Part shown: one piece after another, positions 39,868 through 48,968 of the stretch
Position numbering within the stretch: the stretch's first letter is position 1
Layout of the letters: each line of letters starts with the position of its first letter
From: an uncultured Acidobacteriota bacterium
GTDB lineage: Bacteria > Acidobacteriota > Thermoanaerobaculia > Gp7-AA8
Length of the DNA stretch: 64,000 nucleotides
Direction: 5' to 3'
NCBI GenBank assembly: GCA_963734155.1
Contig: CAVTGG010000004.1
Span: 323,983 to 387,982, forward strand
Made by a program: the position numbers and the translations under genes
Notes under the pieces: model-generated
Seen by the model: only the letters and a program-made list of their open reading frames with translations
Database searches by the model: none
Told to the model about the DNA's origin: nothing

Positions 39868-40944
39868 ATGAAGAGCATGACGAACGTACACAACGGACTG
39901 GAAGGCATCGTCGCCGCGGAGACGCGGCTGAGCATGGTCGACGGCGAGCGCGGCGAGTTGGTGATCGCGGGATACCGCGTCGAGGATCTCGCGCCGCGGT
40001 TCACGTTCGAGGAGACGGTGAACCTGTTGTTTGACGCTGCAGGTTTCGGAGTGCGGTGGCAGAGCCACCGCTATCTGAAAGCGGCGGCAGAGCCGCCGCA
40101 GTCCATACCGCTGATGGACGCGCTGCGCATGGGCGCTGCCTCACTGAGCGCGGAGAACGACGAAGAAGCCGCAGTGATGCTCCTCGCCGCCTTCCCCGTC
40201 ATCGTCGCCAGCCACTGGCGGCGGCAAAACGGTCAGGAGCCCATCCCACCCCGTGAAGACCTCGGCTACGCCGCGAACTATCTCTACATGCTCACCGGCG
40301 TCGAGCCGCACGCGGAGCTCGTGCGCGGGCTGGAGACCTATCTCAACACCGTCGTCGATCACGGCCTCAACGCGTCGACGTTCACCGCGCGCGTGATCGC
40401 GTCGACCGGCTCCGATCTCATCTCCGCGATCACCGGCGCGATCGGCGCGCTGAAAGGTCCGCTGCACGGCGGCGCGCCCGGTCCCGCGCTCGACATGGTC
40501 TTCGAGATCGGCGAGGCGTCGCGCGCGGAAGACGTGCTGCGCCGTAAGATCGAGTCGGGCGAGCGTCTGATGGGCTTCGGCCATCGCGTCTACAAAGTGC
40601 GCGATCCGCGCGCCGATGTTCTCGCCGCTGCCGCCGAGCGGATGTTCACGCGCGCCGGCGACATGCGTCTCTACGAGCTCGCGCGCTCGGTCGAAGCGAC
40701 GGCGCTGCGCCTCCTCGAAGAGTACAAACCGGGCCGCCGCCTGCAGACGAACGTCGAGTTCTACACCGCGCTCCTCCTCCACGGCCTCGGCCTCGAGGTT
40801 CCGCTGTTCACGCCGACGTTCGCCATCAGCCGCGTCGCCGGCTGGATCGCGCACTGCATCGAGCAGCGCCGCACCGGCCGCATCATCCGCCCGCAGTCGG
40901 TGTACGTCGGCGAGATGCGTACAATCGCGGCATGCGTCGTCTGA
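39868..40944 (+). CDS. Citrate synthase family protein (short ~358 aa; citrate/2-methylcitrate synthase or citryl-CoA lyase-like); contains an in-frame repeat family 4 element
   Basis: GFGHRVYKVRDPRA, HGGAPG and DHGLNASTF motifs. Element at 40048-40104 encodes ...GFGVRWQSHRYLKAAAEPPQS... Confidence 0.75.
   Translation: MKSMTNVHNGLEGIVAAETRLSMVDGERGELVIAGYRVEDLAPRFTFEETVNLLFDAAGFGVRWQSHRYLKAAAEPPQSIPLMDALRMGAASLSAENDEEAAVMLLAAFPVIVASHWRRQNGQEPIPPREDLGYAANYLYMLTGVEPHAELVRGLETYLNTVVDHGLNASTFTARVIASTGSDLISAITGAIGALKGPLHGGAPGPALDMVFEIGEASRAEDVLRRKIESGERLMGFGHRVYKVRDPRADVLAAAAERMFTRAGDMRLYELARSVEATALRLLEEYKPGRRLQTNVEFYTALLLHGLGLEVPLFTPTFAISRVAGWIAHCIEQRRTGRIIRPQSVYVGEMRTIAACVV
40048..40104. repeat. 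Repeat family 4 double-hairpin copy inside the citrate-synthase-like coding sequence
   Basis: ggagtgcggtggcagagccaccgc tatctgaaa gcggcggcagagccgccgcagtcc. Confidence 0.7.
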
Positions 40945-42200
40945 TCGTTGCCCTTCTCTTCGCTGTCGCTGCATTCGCCGAGGAGCCCGTCACCGTCATC
41001 CGCGCCGCGCGCATGATCGACGGCACCGGCGCGCCTGCGGTGCAGAACGCGGTCGTCGTCATCACCGGCAACAAAATCACGTCGATCGGCGGCCCGGTTC
41101 CGAAGAACGCGACCGTGATCGACCTCGGCGACGTGACGCTGTTGCCCGGCTTCATCGACGCGCACACGCATCTCATCGGCCGCGTCCTCGGCGAGGACGG
41201 CTGGAACGACTCGGCGGTGCGCGACTACGAGGGCTACACCGCTGTACGCGCGGTCGGGCACGCGGAGAAGACGCTGCTCGCCGGCATCACCACCGTGCGC
41301 AACGTCGGCGCGGAGCGTTTTCACGACATGGCGCTGCGCAAGGCCATCGAAGAAGGCTACGTGCGCGGGCCGCGCATGCAGAACGCCGGCTACGCGCTCA
41401 GCATCACCGGCGGGCACTGCGACGAAAACGGCTATCGTCCCGGCCTGCTCGACGGCACGGTTCGCGAAGGCATCGCGAACGGACCCGACGAAGTGCGCGC
41501 CGCCGTGCGCTACATGGCGAAGTACGGCGCGGACGTGATCAAGACCTGCGCGACCGGCGGCGTGCTCTCCGAGGGAGATGCGGTCGGCGCGCCGCAGTAC
41601 ACGTTCGAAGAAATGAAGGCGATCGTCGACGAAGCGACGAAGCTCGAGCGCAAAGTCGCGGCGCACGCGCACGGCACGGAAGGAATCAAGATCGCCGTGC
41701 GCGCGGGCGTCGCATCGATCGAGCACGGCTCGTTTCTCGACGAAGAAGGCGCGCGGATGATGGCCGAGCGCGGAACGTTTCTCGTGCCGACGATCTCCGC
41801 CGGCGAGTTCGTGGAAAAGGCGGCGAAGGCGAACGTGCTCACCGGGCTGCGCAAAGAGAAAGCATTGATGGCCGCGGCGGCGATGCGCAACGCGATCAAG
41901 CTCGCGGTGAAGTACCACGTGCCGATCGCGATGGGCACCGACGCCGGCGTCGGCCCGCACGGCGCGAACATGCACGAGCTGAAGCTGCTGGTCGACTGGG
42001 GCGGCATGCGGCCGCTCGATGCGATCACCGCGGCGACGATGGGCGGCGCGCGCCTTCTCGGGTGGGAGAAACGGATCGGCTCGATCGAGGCCGGCAAGCT
42101 CGCCGATCTCATCGCCGTGCCGGGCGACCCGCTCGCCGACATCACGCGGCTGGACAACGTCGCGTTCGTGATGAAGGACGGCAAGGTTTACAAGCGCTGA
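40932..42200 (+). CDS. Secreted metal-dependent amidohydrolase (imidazolonepropionase/Xaa-Pro-dipeptidase-like)
   Basis: Signal peptide; PGFIDAHTHL; TPHB... full amidohydrolase barrel; HGTEGIKIAV...; DAG... motifs. Confidence 0.75.
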   Translation: MRRLIVALLFAVAAFAEEPVTVIRAARMIDGTGAPAVQNAVVVITGNKITSIGGPVPKNATVIDLGDVTLLPGFIDAHTHLIGRVLGEDGWNDSAVRDYEGYTAVRAVGHAEKTLLAGITTVRNVGAERFHDMALRKAIEEGYVRGPRMQNAGYALSITGGHCDENGYRPGLLDGTVREGIANGPDEVRAAVRYMAKYGADVIKTCATGGVLSEGDAVGAPQYTFEEMKAIVDEATKLERKVAAHAHGTEGIKIAVRAGVASIEHGSFLDEEGARMMAERGTFLVPTISAGEFVEKAAKANVLTGLRKEKALMAAAAMRNAIKLAVKYHVPIAMGTDAGVGPHGANMHELKLLVDWGGMRPLDAITAATMGGARLLGWEKRIGSIEAGKLADLIAVPGDPLADITRLDNVAFVMKDGKVYKR

Positions 42201-42248
42201 GAAACCCTCGGCGGGGCGCTCCGTATCTCCCCACTGGGGAGGTCGGCC

Positions 42249-42524
42249 ATGTTCGAACTGCTCGCACTCTTCATCGTAGTCGCGATCACCGGCGGCGTGG
42301 TCGTCGGCGTAATGGCGCTGGCGTTCGCGCTCGTGAAGTTCACGTTCAAGCTGGCGCTGCTGCCGCTGAAACTCATTCTCTTCCCGTTGATCGCGGTCTT
42401 CGTCATCGTGAAATTCGCGGTGCTGCTCGCGCTCGGCGTCACGGTTGCGGCGGTCGCTCTCGCCTTCGTGATCGTGGTCGCGGTCCTGGTGGCGCCCTTC
42501 GCGCTGATCGCGTGGCTGACTTAA
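42249..42524 (+). CDS. Small hydrophobic membrane protein (91 aa)
   Basis: GGAGG SD 8 nt upstream; entirely TM-like sequence. Confidence 0.4.
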   Translation: MFELLALFIVVAITGGVVVGVMALAFALVKFTFKLALLPLKLILFPLIAVFVIVKFAVLLALGVTVAAVALAFVIVVAVLVAPFALIAWLT

Positions 42525-42551
42525 GGACGAGTCCGCGTATCATTACGCGCC

Positions 42552-42920
42552 GTGACAGAGAAGAAGCGTGCGCTCGTCGTCGACGACGATGATCCGATCC
42601 GGGCAATGCTGGCAAAAGTCGTCGAGCGGCAGAACCTCGCCGTCGACACCGCACGCGACGGCGCCGAGGCCATCCAGCGCATCGACGCCAACAACTACTC
42701 CGTCATCCTCCTCGACCTGATGATGCCGCGCATCGACGGCTACGGCGTCCTCAAGCACATGAACTCCCACTGCCCCGAGAAGCTCGGCTGCACCATCATC
42801 GCGTCCGCCGTTCCCGAGACCGAGATCCTCAAGCGCTTCAACCTGCCGGTCTTTCGCATCCACGCGAAGCCGTTCGACCTCGGCAAGCTGATCGAAGACA
42901 TCAAAGAGTGCGTCGGGTAA
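42552..42920 (+). CDS. Single-domain response regulator (CheY-like receiver), paralog of 22443..22865
   Basis: ALVVDDDDPIRAML...VILLDLMMPRIDG...KPFD. Confidence 0.8.
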   Translation: MTEKKRALVVDDDDPIRAMLAKVVERQNLAVDTARDGAEAIQRIDANNYSVILLDLMMPRIDGYGVLKHMNSHCPEKLGCTIIASAVPETEILKRFNLPVFRIHAKPFDLGKLIEDIKECVG

Positions 42921-42968
42921 ACCGGGTGCGATGCTTGCTCCTCCGCTCCGCCCGGAGGACAGACGCAA

Positions 42969-43667
42969 ATGCATCGGAGAATCGCACTTTTACTCATCAC
43001 TTTGACGGCGATTTCGTGTGGCTCGATGGGGACGTTGCCGGGGCGGATGCCGGACAACGACATCGCCGGGATCGTGTCGACGGCGAATGAAGGTGAAGTT
43101 CAGCAGGGACAGGCGGCGCTGACGGCGGCGAGCTCCGCCGAGGTGCGCGAGTTCGCGCAGATGATGGTGAACGATCACACGAGCGCGCTCAGCAAGGCGC
43201 GGGACGTGTTCGCGCGCAACGGCATCACGCCGGCGGACAACGACACCACGCGCAGTCTGAAAGACACGGGGCAGCGCTCGACGATGAGCCTCTCCTCGTA
43301 TCGCGGCGCGGCGTTCGATCGCGCGTACATGCAGGCGCAGATCGACATGCACCAGTGGCTGCTCACGAACATGGACACGGTGCTGATCCCGTCGGCGCGC
43401 GGCGAGCTGCGCACGCTGCTCGAAGAGATGCGCGGCAGCGTTTCGACGCACCTCGACCACGCGCGTCAGATCATGGGCCGGTTTTATTTACGATCAGCGA
43501 TTGGCGTACTGCTTCTCGTAGTACGCCTTGTACTCCGCGCTGCGCTCCTTGATGGCGCGCCACCACGGCTCGTGATCGACGTACCACTGCACCGTGCGCT
43601 CGAGCGCGGCGTCGAAGTCCGTGTCGCACTTGAAGCCGAGGCGTTCGAGCTTGGTGGTATCGAGTGA
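42969..43667 (+). CDS. DUF4142-family lipoprotein; the 3' end is uncertain (the ORF overruns into the convergent rfbB; the real end is probably near 43490)
   Basis: Lipobox LTAISCGS, DUF4142 motifs (EVQQGQAAL...EVREFAQMMVNDH...YMQAQIDMHQ). Confidence 0.5.
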   Translation: MHRRIALLLITLTAISCGSMGTLPGRMPDNDIAGIVSTANEGEVQQGQAALTAASSAEVREFAQMMVNDHTSALSKARDVFARNGITPADNDTTRSLKDTGQRSTMSLSSYRGAAFDRAYMQAQIDMHQWLLTNMDTVLIPSARGELRTLLEEMRGSVSTHLDHARQIMGRFYLRSAIGVLLLVVRLVLRAALLDGAPPRLVIDVPLHRALERGVEVRVALEAEAFELGGIE

Positions 43668-44522
43668 ATAACGGCGATCGTGGCCCTGGCGATCGCCGAC
43701 CTTCTTGATCAGCGACGCCGGCTTCTTCAGCAGGTCGAGGATCTTCTGCGTGATCTCGCGATTCTCGCGCTCGTTGCCGCCGCCGATGTTGTAGACCTCG
43801 GAATTCTCGCCGCGCTCGATCAGGAAATCGATCGCCGCGCAGTGATCGTCGACGAACAACCAGTCGCGGATGTTCTTCCCGTCGCCGTACAGCGGCAGCG
43901 GCAGATCGTCGAGCGCGTTCGTGACGAAGAGCGGGATCAGCTTCTCCGGATACTGATACGGACCGAAGTTGTTCGACGCGCGCGTGACGATGACGGGCAT
44001 GCCGTACGTCTGCGCGTACGCGTAGGCCATGCGATCGCCGCCGGCCTTCGATGCCGAATACGGATTGCGCGGATTGAGCGGATCCTGTTCGTGGAACGAG
44101 CCGCTTTCGATCGAGCCGTAGACCTCGTCGGTCGAGATCTGCACGAAGCGCTTGAGATTCAGTTTCGCGCGGCGCGCGTGCTCGAGCAGCACCAGCACGC
44201 CGCGAACGTCGGTCTCGACGAACTCCGCGGCGTCATCAATGGAACGATCGACATGCGACTCCGCGGCGAAGTTGACGACGACATCGACGCCGCTGCCGTC
44301 GACACCTTTGTACGCCTCGGCGACGTCTTCCGGTTTGGCGATGTCGCCATGCACGAAGCGGTAGTTGCTCTTTCCTTCGTACTCCGCAAGGTTCTCGCGA
44401 ATGCCGGCGTACGTCAGCTTGTCGAGGTTCACGACCTGCGCGTCGTCGCCGTATTTTTTGAAGAGGAATCGGATGAAATTCGAGCCAATGAACCCGGCGC
44501 CGCCGGTAACGAGGTAACGCAT
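43494..44522 (-). CDS. rfbB: dTDP-glucose 4,6-dehydratase
   Basis: MRYLVTGGAGFIGSNF..., YSASKAG and extended SDR motifs; 342 aa. Confidence 0.9.
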   Translation of the reverse strand: MRYLVTGGAGFIGSNFIRFLFKKYGDDAQVVNLDKLTYAGIRENLAEYEGKSNYRFVHGDIAKPEDVAEAYKGVDGSGVDVVVNFAAESHVDRSIDDAAEFVETDVRGVLVLLEHARRAKLNLKRFVQISTDEVYGSIESGSFHEQDPLNPRNPYSASKAGGDRMAYAYAQTYGMPVIVTRASNNFGPYQYPEKLIPLFVTNALDDLPLPLYGDGKNIRDWLFVDDHCAAIDFLIERGENSEVYNIGGGNERENREITQKILDLLKKPASLIKKVGDRQGHDRRYSLDTTKLERLGFKCDTDFDAALERTVQWYVDHEPWWRAIKERSAEYKAYYEKQYANR

Positions 44523-44576
44523 GGAATCTCCTAAGAGCGTAGAAAAGCGCGTAATCCTACTAAAATCCGGCGCTTC

Positions 44577-45989
44577 ATGCGCGCCGCGGTCTATAAACAC
44601 GAATTGCGCGAGCTATTCCGGCTCGCACTGCCGGTGACCGCCGCACAGGCGGGCACGCAGATGATGGGTCTCGTCGACGTGGCGGTGCTGGGCCGCCTCG
44701 GCGCGCGCGAACTGGCGGCGTCGGGACTCGGCAACGCGATCTTCTTCACGTTTGCGATCCTCGGCACGGGCATCGTCGCGGCGGTCGATCCGCTAGTCGC
44801 GCAGGCGGTTGGTGCCGGCGACCGCGCGCGCGCGCGGCGCATGCTGTGGCAAGGCGTGTGGCTGGCGCTGATCGTCACGGCATTTCTGACTGTGCTGCTC
44901 GTCGCGGTGTCGTTCGCCGTTCCCTACGCGGGCGTGAAGGAGGAGCTCGTCGCGCCGGCGACGACGTTCATGCTCATTCGCACGATCGGACTCGCGCCGT
45001 ATCTCGTCTTCCTCGCCATCCGCGCGTATCTGCAGGCGCACGGCGTGACGCGGCCGATGCTCACGGCGATGATCGTCGCGAACGTCTTCAACCTCGGTTT
45101 CGACATCCTCCTCGTCTTCGGCGCCGGTCCGATTCCGGCGATGGGCGTCGCCGGCGCGGCGACGTCGACGGTGATCTGCTCGTTCATCCAGCTCGCGATC
45201 GCGGCAGCAGCTGTGCGGCACATCACGGTGGAAGGGCATTTCGATCACCGCCCGAACCGCGCCGAGATCGCGCAAGCGGCGCGCGTTGGAATCCCGATTG
45301 GATTGCAGCACGCCGCGGAGATCGGCGTGTTCGCGCTCGTCGGCGTGCTGGCCTCCCGACTCGGCACGCTGCAGAGCGCCGCACATCAGCTGACGATCAG
45401 CCTGGTCTCGTTCACCTACACCATCGCCCTCGGCATCGCCGCCGCGGGCTCGGTGCGCGTCGGCCTTTACATCGGCGCGCGCAATCAGGCCGCCACGCGC
45501 GTCGCGGGACACGTCGCGTTCATCTTCGGCGCGCTGGTCATGGCCCTCAACGGACTCGCGTTCGCCGTGATCCCGCGCCCGATCGCGCGGCTCATCACGA
45601 ATCAGGAAGACGTGATCCGCGCTGCCGTCCCGCTCCTTCTCGTCGCCGCCGTCTTCCAGCTCTCGGACGGCATCCAGGCCGTCGGCGCCGGCGTGTTGCG
45701 CGGCGGCGGCGATACGAAGTTCACGCTCTACGCGAACCTCGCCGGCCACTGGCTGATCGGATTTCCGATCGCGATGTGGCTCGGCTTCCACCTTGCGCAG
45801 GGCGTGGTGGGGTTGTGGTGGGGACTGTGCGCCGGCCTGACGGTCGTGGCAGTGCTGCTGTTCGTTGCGATTCGAGAGGTTATCAAAGCGCGGCATCGAG
45901 CCGATCTGACGTCTTACGATCGCCGCCGCGCTGCTCTACCTGCCCTTCGGGCGCCGGTCGTCTGGGACGCCTGGGCCCATTTCCGATAG
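44577..45989 (+). CDS. MATE-family efflux transporter
   Basis: 12-TM profile, MATE motifs (LALPVTAAQAGTQMMGLVD...). Confidence 0.8.
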   Translation: MRAAVYKHELRELFRLALPVTAAQAGTQMMGLVDVAVLGRLGARELAASGLGNAIFFTFAILGTGIVAAVDPLVAQAVGAGDRARARRMLWQGVWLALIVTAFLTVLLVAVSFAVPYAGVKEELVAPATTFMLIRTIGLAPYLVFLAIRAYLQAHGVTRPMLTAMIVANVFNLGFDILLVFGAGPIPAMGVAGAATSTVICSFIQLAIAAAAVRHITVEGHFDHRPNRAEIAQAARVGIPIGLQHAAEIGVFALVGVLASRLGTLQSAAHQLTISLVSFTYTIALGIAAAGSVRVGLYIGARNQAATRVAGHVAFIFGALVMALNGLAFAVIPRPIARLITNQEDVIRAAVPLLLVAAVFQLSDGIQAVGAGVLRGGGDTKFTLYANLAGHWLIGFPIAMWLGFHLAQGVVGLWWGLCAGLTVVAVLLFVAIREVIKARHRADLTSYDRRRAALPALRAPVVWDAWAHFR

Positions 45990-46717
45990 GCCGCAGGCGT
46001 GACGCCGAAGACGCGCGTGAATGCATTCGTGAAGTGACTCTGATCGCAGAAGCCGGCGGCGAGAGCGACATCGGCGATCGAGGCGTCGGTGGTGCGCAAG
46101 GATGCGGACGCGCCCTCCAATCGACAGCGCCGCGCGAACTCGCCCACCGAAACGCCTTCGTGGCGACGAAACTCACGCGCCACGTGGCTCGGATGGCGCG
46201 CGATCCGGCGTGCGATGTCGGCGAGGGGATGGTCCTTGCGCGCGAGATCGACCGCATCGTCGAGCCACGCGGGACGCAGCTGATCGAGACGGCGGATGCG
46301 CTCGAGATGCCCAATCGCCTCGAGGGTCAGTCCCTCCAGGATCCACTGCCATCCCGGCTCGCGCGCGGCGGCCTCGCGGATGAGGTTCAGCGACCAGGCG
46401 CGGGAGGTCTGCTCGATCACCACGCCGCCGAGCGCCGCGTGTTCGGGGACTTCGATGAGCAGACAGTGCACGTGGTCCGCGTACGCATTGGCGTGACGGA
46501 CGCCCGCGGGCTTGTACACGATCGAGCCGGCGGCGAGCTCGTAGGGCTTGCGATCGATCGTCTCGGTCAGTTCGCCGGCGGTGACGATCTCGAGGCTGGC
46601 GACGTCATGCGCGTGCGGCGGCAACGATGTGCCGGCGCGATAGCTCGCGCGCCTGTAGGTGAATGCTCCGATCTGCCACGTCTCAGTGATCGGGACGCTG
46701 GCGATTGCGCCGGACAC
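45914..46717 (-). CDS. AraC-family transcriptional regulator (cupin-like N-terminus + AraC HTH)
   Basis: C-terminal HTH ...IADVALAAGFCDQSHFTNAFTRVFGVTPAAYRK. Confidence 0.8.
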   Translation of the reverse strand: MSGAIASVPITETWQIGAFTYRRASYRAGTSLPPHAHDVASLEIVTAGELTETIDRKPYELAAGSIVYKPAGVRHANAYADHVHCLLIEVPEHAALGGVVIEQTSRAWSLNLIREAAAREPGWQWILEGLTLEAIGHLERIRRLDQLRPAWLDDAVDLARKDHPLADIARRIARHPSHVAREFRRHEGVSVGEFARRCRLEGASASLRTTDASIADVALAAGFCDQSHFTNAFTRVFGVTPAAYRKWAQASQTTGARRAGRAARRRS

Positions 46718-46729
46718 GGCATGACAGTA

Positions 46730-47785
46730 TCACTGCCCCTCCACACGCCCGATCGCACGACTCAGAAAACTTCGCAACTCGTCATCCGGCGCTTTGTCGC
46801 GCAGCGCCTGCAGGGCCCGCAGATGCGCGGTCTTCAACGCGTCCTTTTCGTCGACGGCGATCTGCGGCTCGACGCCCTTCCCTTCCCAGTTCGTCCCGCT
46901 GACCGGATCGAAGACGCGCGCGATCGGCATCTTCACCGCCAGGTTCGGGTGCATGTTCACCCACTGCGCGATGTGCGCGCCGCCACTGGTCGTCTCGCCG
47001 ACGATCACGGCCTTCGTGAGGCGCTTCATGTGTTCCGTAAAGCCCTCGGCCGCCGACCACGTCCGGTCGCTGGTGAGCACGTACACGTCCTTGCCGACGT
47101 AGCGCGGAGCCGGCACGTATGGGAGGCTCCAGACCTGTCTCGTGACGTTGCCCGAACGGTAGTAGATGGATACGAGATGCAGCGGATCTCCCTCGGGCAG
47201 AAAATACGTCATCAGCAACTGCACCATCGCCGGCGAGCCGCCGTCGCTGTCGCGCATGTCGATGATCAGGGCGTCGCTCGACGCGAGCAGCGTCATCGCT
47301 GCCGCGAGCGCATCGCCGGCACCGGTGTCAGGACCCTCGAAGCTCATCCAGGTCAGGAGACCGACGTTGCCGTCGAGCCGCCGCACCCCGTCGATGCCGT
47401 AGGCGAAACGGCGCGCGTAGCGGATGCGCTCTTCGCGTTCGGCCGCGGTCTCGGGCGCGTCCACGGGCGTGGTCTTCGGTACGTCGGTGTAGCCGAACGC
47501 GAGATGCTTGTCGCGCACCGTTGCGGACAACACGCGATTCATCGCCGGCACGAGCTTCAACGCCGAGCCGATGTCTTTGAACGTCCCGTTCTTCTGCGCC
47601 GCGCGAACGGCCGCAGCGATTTTCTTCCCCTGCTCTTCGAAGACGTAGAGCTGTTCGATCTTTTCGGCGGAGGCTTCGATGACGGCGTCGCGGACGGCGG
47701 GAGTAAGCGGCATGTCGGGCGGCGGCTGCTGCGCAAAAAGGGACAGGGCCGCGGCGAGGGAAAGGAACAGCCGGAACGATCTCAT
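46730..47785 (-). CDS. Secreted S41-family peptidase (tail-specific protease-like)
   Basis: Signal peptide; LTSDRTWSAAEGF (S41 Ser motif) and K further downstream. Confidence 0.65.
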   Translation of the reverse strand: MRSFRLFLSLAAALSLFAQQPPPDMPLTPAVRDAVIEASAEKIEQLYVFEEQGKKIAAAVRAAQKNGTFKDIGSALKLVPAMNRVLSATVRDKHLAFGYTDVPKTTPVDAPETAAEREERIRYARRFAYGIDGVRRLDGNVGLLTWMSFEGPDTGAGDALAAAMTLLASSDALIIDMRDSDGGSPAMVQLLMTYFLPEGDPLHLVSIYYRSGNVTRQVWSLPYVPAPRYVGKDVYVLTSDRTWSAAEGFTEHMKRLTKAVIVGETTSGGAHIAQWVNMHPNLAVKMPIARVFDPVSGTNWEGKGVEPQIAVDEKDALKTAHLRALQALRDKAPDDELRSFLSRAIGRVEGQ

Positions 47786-47917
47786 TCGCGCACGATGTCA
47801 TCGCGAGCGCGCACGGTCTTGAAGCAGCGTTGCGTCGTTGGATGCGCGTTGCGCTCACTACCCAGCGCGGCGGCGTCTCGCCGCCCGCTACTGCTTCGTT
47901 GAGGGCAGCGAGCTCGA

Positions 47918-48253
47918 TTACTGGTACAGGCTCCACGCCCGCGAGAAGTAATCGCTGAACGTCAACACGAACAGCACCCCCAACCAGAGGAAAGAGCTGA
48001 TCACCACGATCCAGGTCATGCGCGGGGAGTGGATGACGTGCATGAACCAGAGGATGACGATCGTGGCTTTGAGCACGGCGATGGCGAGGGCGATGGGGGT
48101 GTTCCACTGGTGGAGGTTGATCTTCGAGGCGTAGACGGTGAGCACCGTGAAGATCATCAGCGCGAAGAAGACGGCGAAGTAGGCGAAGAGGGACGCGCGG
48201 TGGTGCTTCGGTGCGTGTCCTACGTGATCAGCATGGTCAGGAGCGTGTGCCAT
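47918..48253 (-). CDS. coxD: Cytochrome c oxidase subunit IV (bacterial caa3-type)
   Basis: 111 aa, 3-TM, typical CoxIV bacterial family sequence. Confidence 0.75.
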   Translation of the reverse strand: MAHAPDHADHVGHAPKHHRASLFAYFAVFFALMIFTVLTVYASKINLHQWNTPIALAIAVLKATIVILWFMHVIHSPRMTWIVVISSFLWLGVLFVLTFSDYFSRAWSLYQ

Positions 48254-48260
48254 CTTGTCC

Positions 48261-48968
48261 TCAGTGAATCAGGTACAGCAGCGGGAAGAGGAAGATCCAG
48301 ACGATGTCGACGAAGTGCCAGTACAGGCCCATGATCTCGACGGGGCTGTAGTACTCCTCGCCGAAGTCGCCGCGCCAGGCGCGTTTGATGAACCAGATGA
48401 GCAGCCCGGCGCCGATGATCATGTGCAGCGCGTGCAGGCCGGTCATCGTGAAGTAGAACACCATGAACAGCTGGATGCCGGGCGTGAGCGCGGGGTTCTC
48501 ATGGTGCACGTACGTGAAGTGCGAGCCGGGGAAGAGGCCCTCGTGGATGTGCTGGCGGTACTCGTAGCCCTTCACGCCGACGAAGGCCATGCCGAGGAGC
48601 AGCGTGAGCACGAGCATCAGCGTCGTGAACTTCCGCTTCGCGCTCTGCGCGCCCCACACCGCCAGCGCCATCGTGAGCGAGCTGCCGATCAGGACGATCG
48701 TGTTGAACAATCCGATCGTCGAGTTCTGATGATGCGCCCCCGCGCTCCAGGCCTCGGGGTACATGTTCCGGTAGACCGCGTACGCGCAGAAGATGCCGCC
48801 GAAAAAGAGGATCTCCTGCGCGACGAAGAACCACATCCCGAGCGTCGAGGCCTCGTGCTGCTGGCCGAGGTCCTCGAAGTGATGCTGAAGGAACGGGTGA
48901 TGATGCGCGTGCGCGTCATCCTCGAGCGATCCGGGATGCTGCAGGTCATGCAGCGTGGGATTAGCCAT
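48261..48968 (-). CDS. coxC: Cytochrome c oxidase subunit III
   Basis: [16 protein letters not shown]... HALHMIIG... seven-TM subunit III pattern. Confidence 0.9.
   Translation of the reverse strand: MANPTLHDLQHPGSLEDDAHAHHHPFLQHHFEDLGQQHEASTLGMWFFVAQEILFFGGIFCAYAVYRNMYPEAWSAGAHHQNSTIGLFNTIVLIGSSLTMALAVWGAQSAKRKFTTLMLVLTLLLGMAFVGVKGYEYRQHIHEGLFPGSHFTYVHHENPALTPGIQLFMVFYFTMTGLHALHMIIGAGLLIWFIKRAWRGDFGEEYYSPVEIMGLYWHFVDIVWIFLFPLLYLIH

Noticed and set aside
42969-43667. DUF4142 ORF extending 170 bp into the convergent rfbB gene.
   Set aside because: The overlap is implausible, and the family is normally about 170-190 aa. It is probably a frameshift or a missed stop near 43490. The gene is kept with an uncertain 3' end and is not treated as a genuine long overlap.
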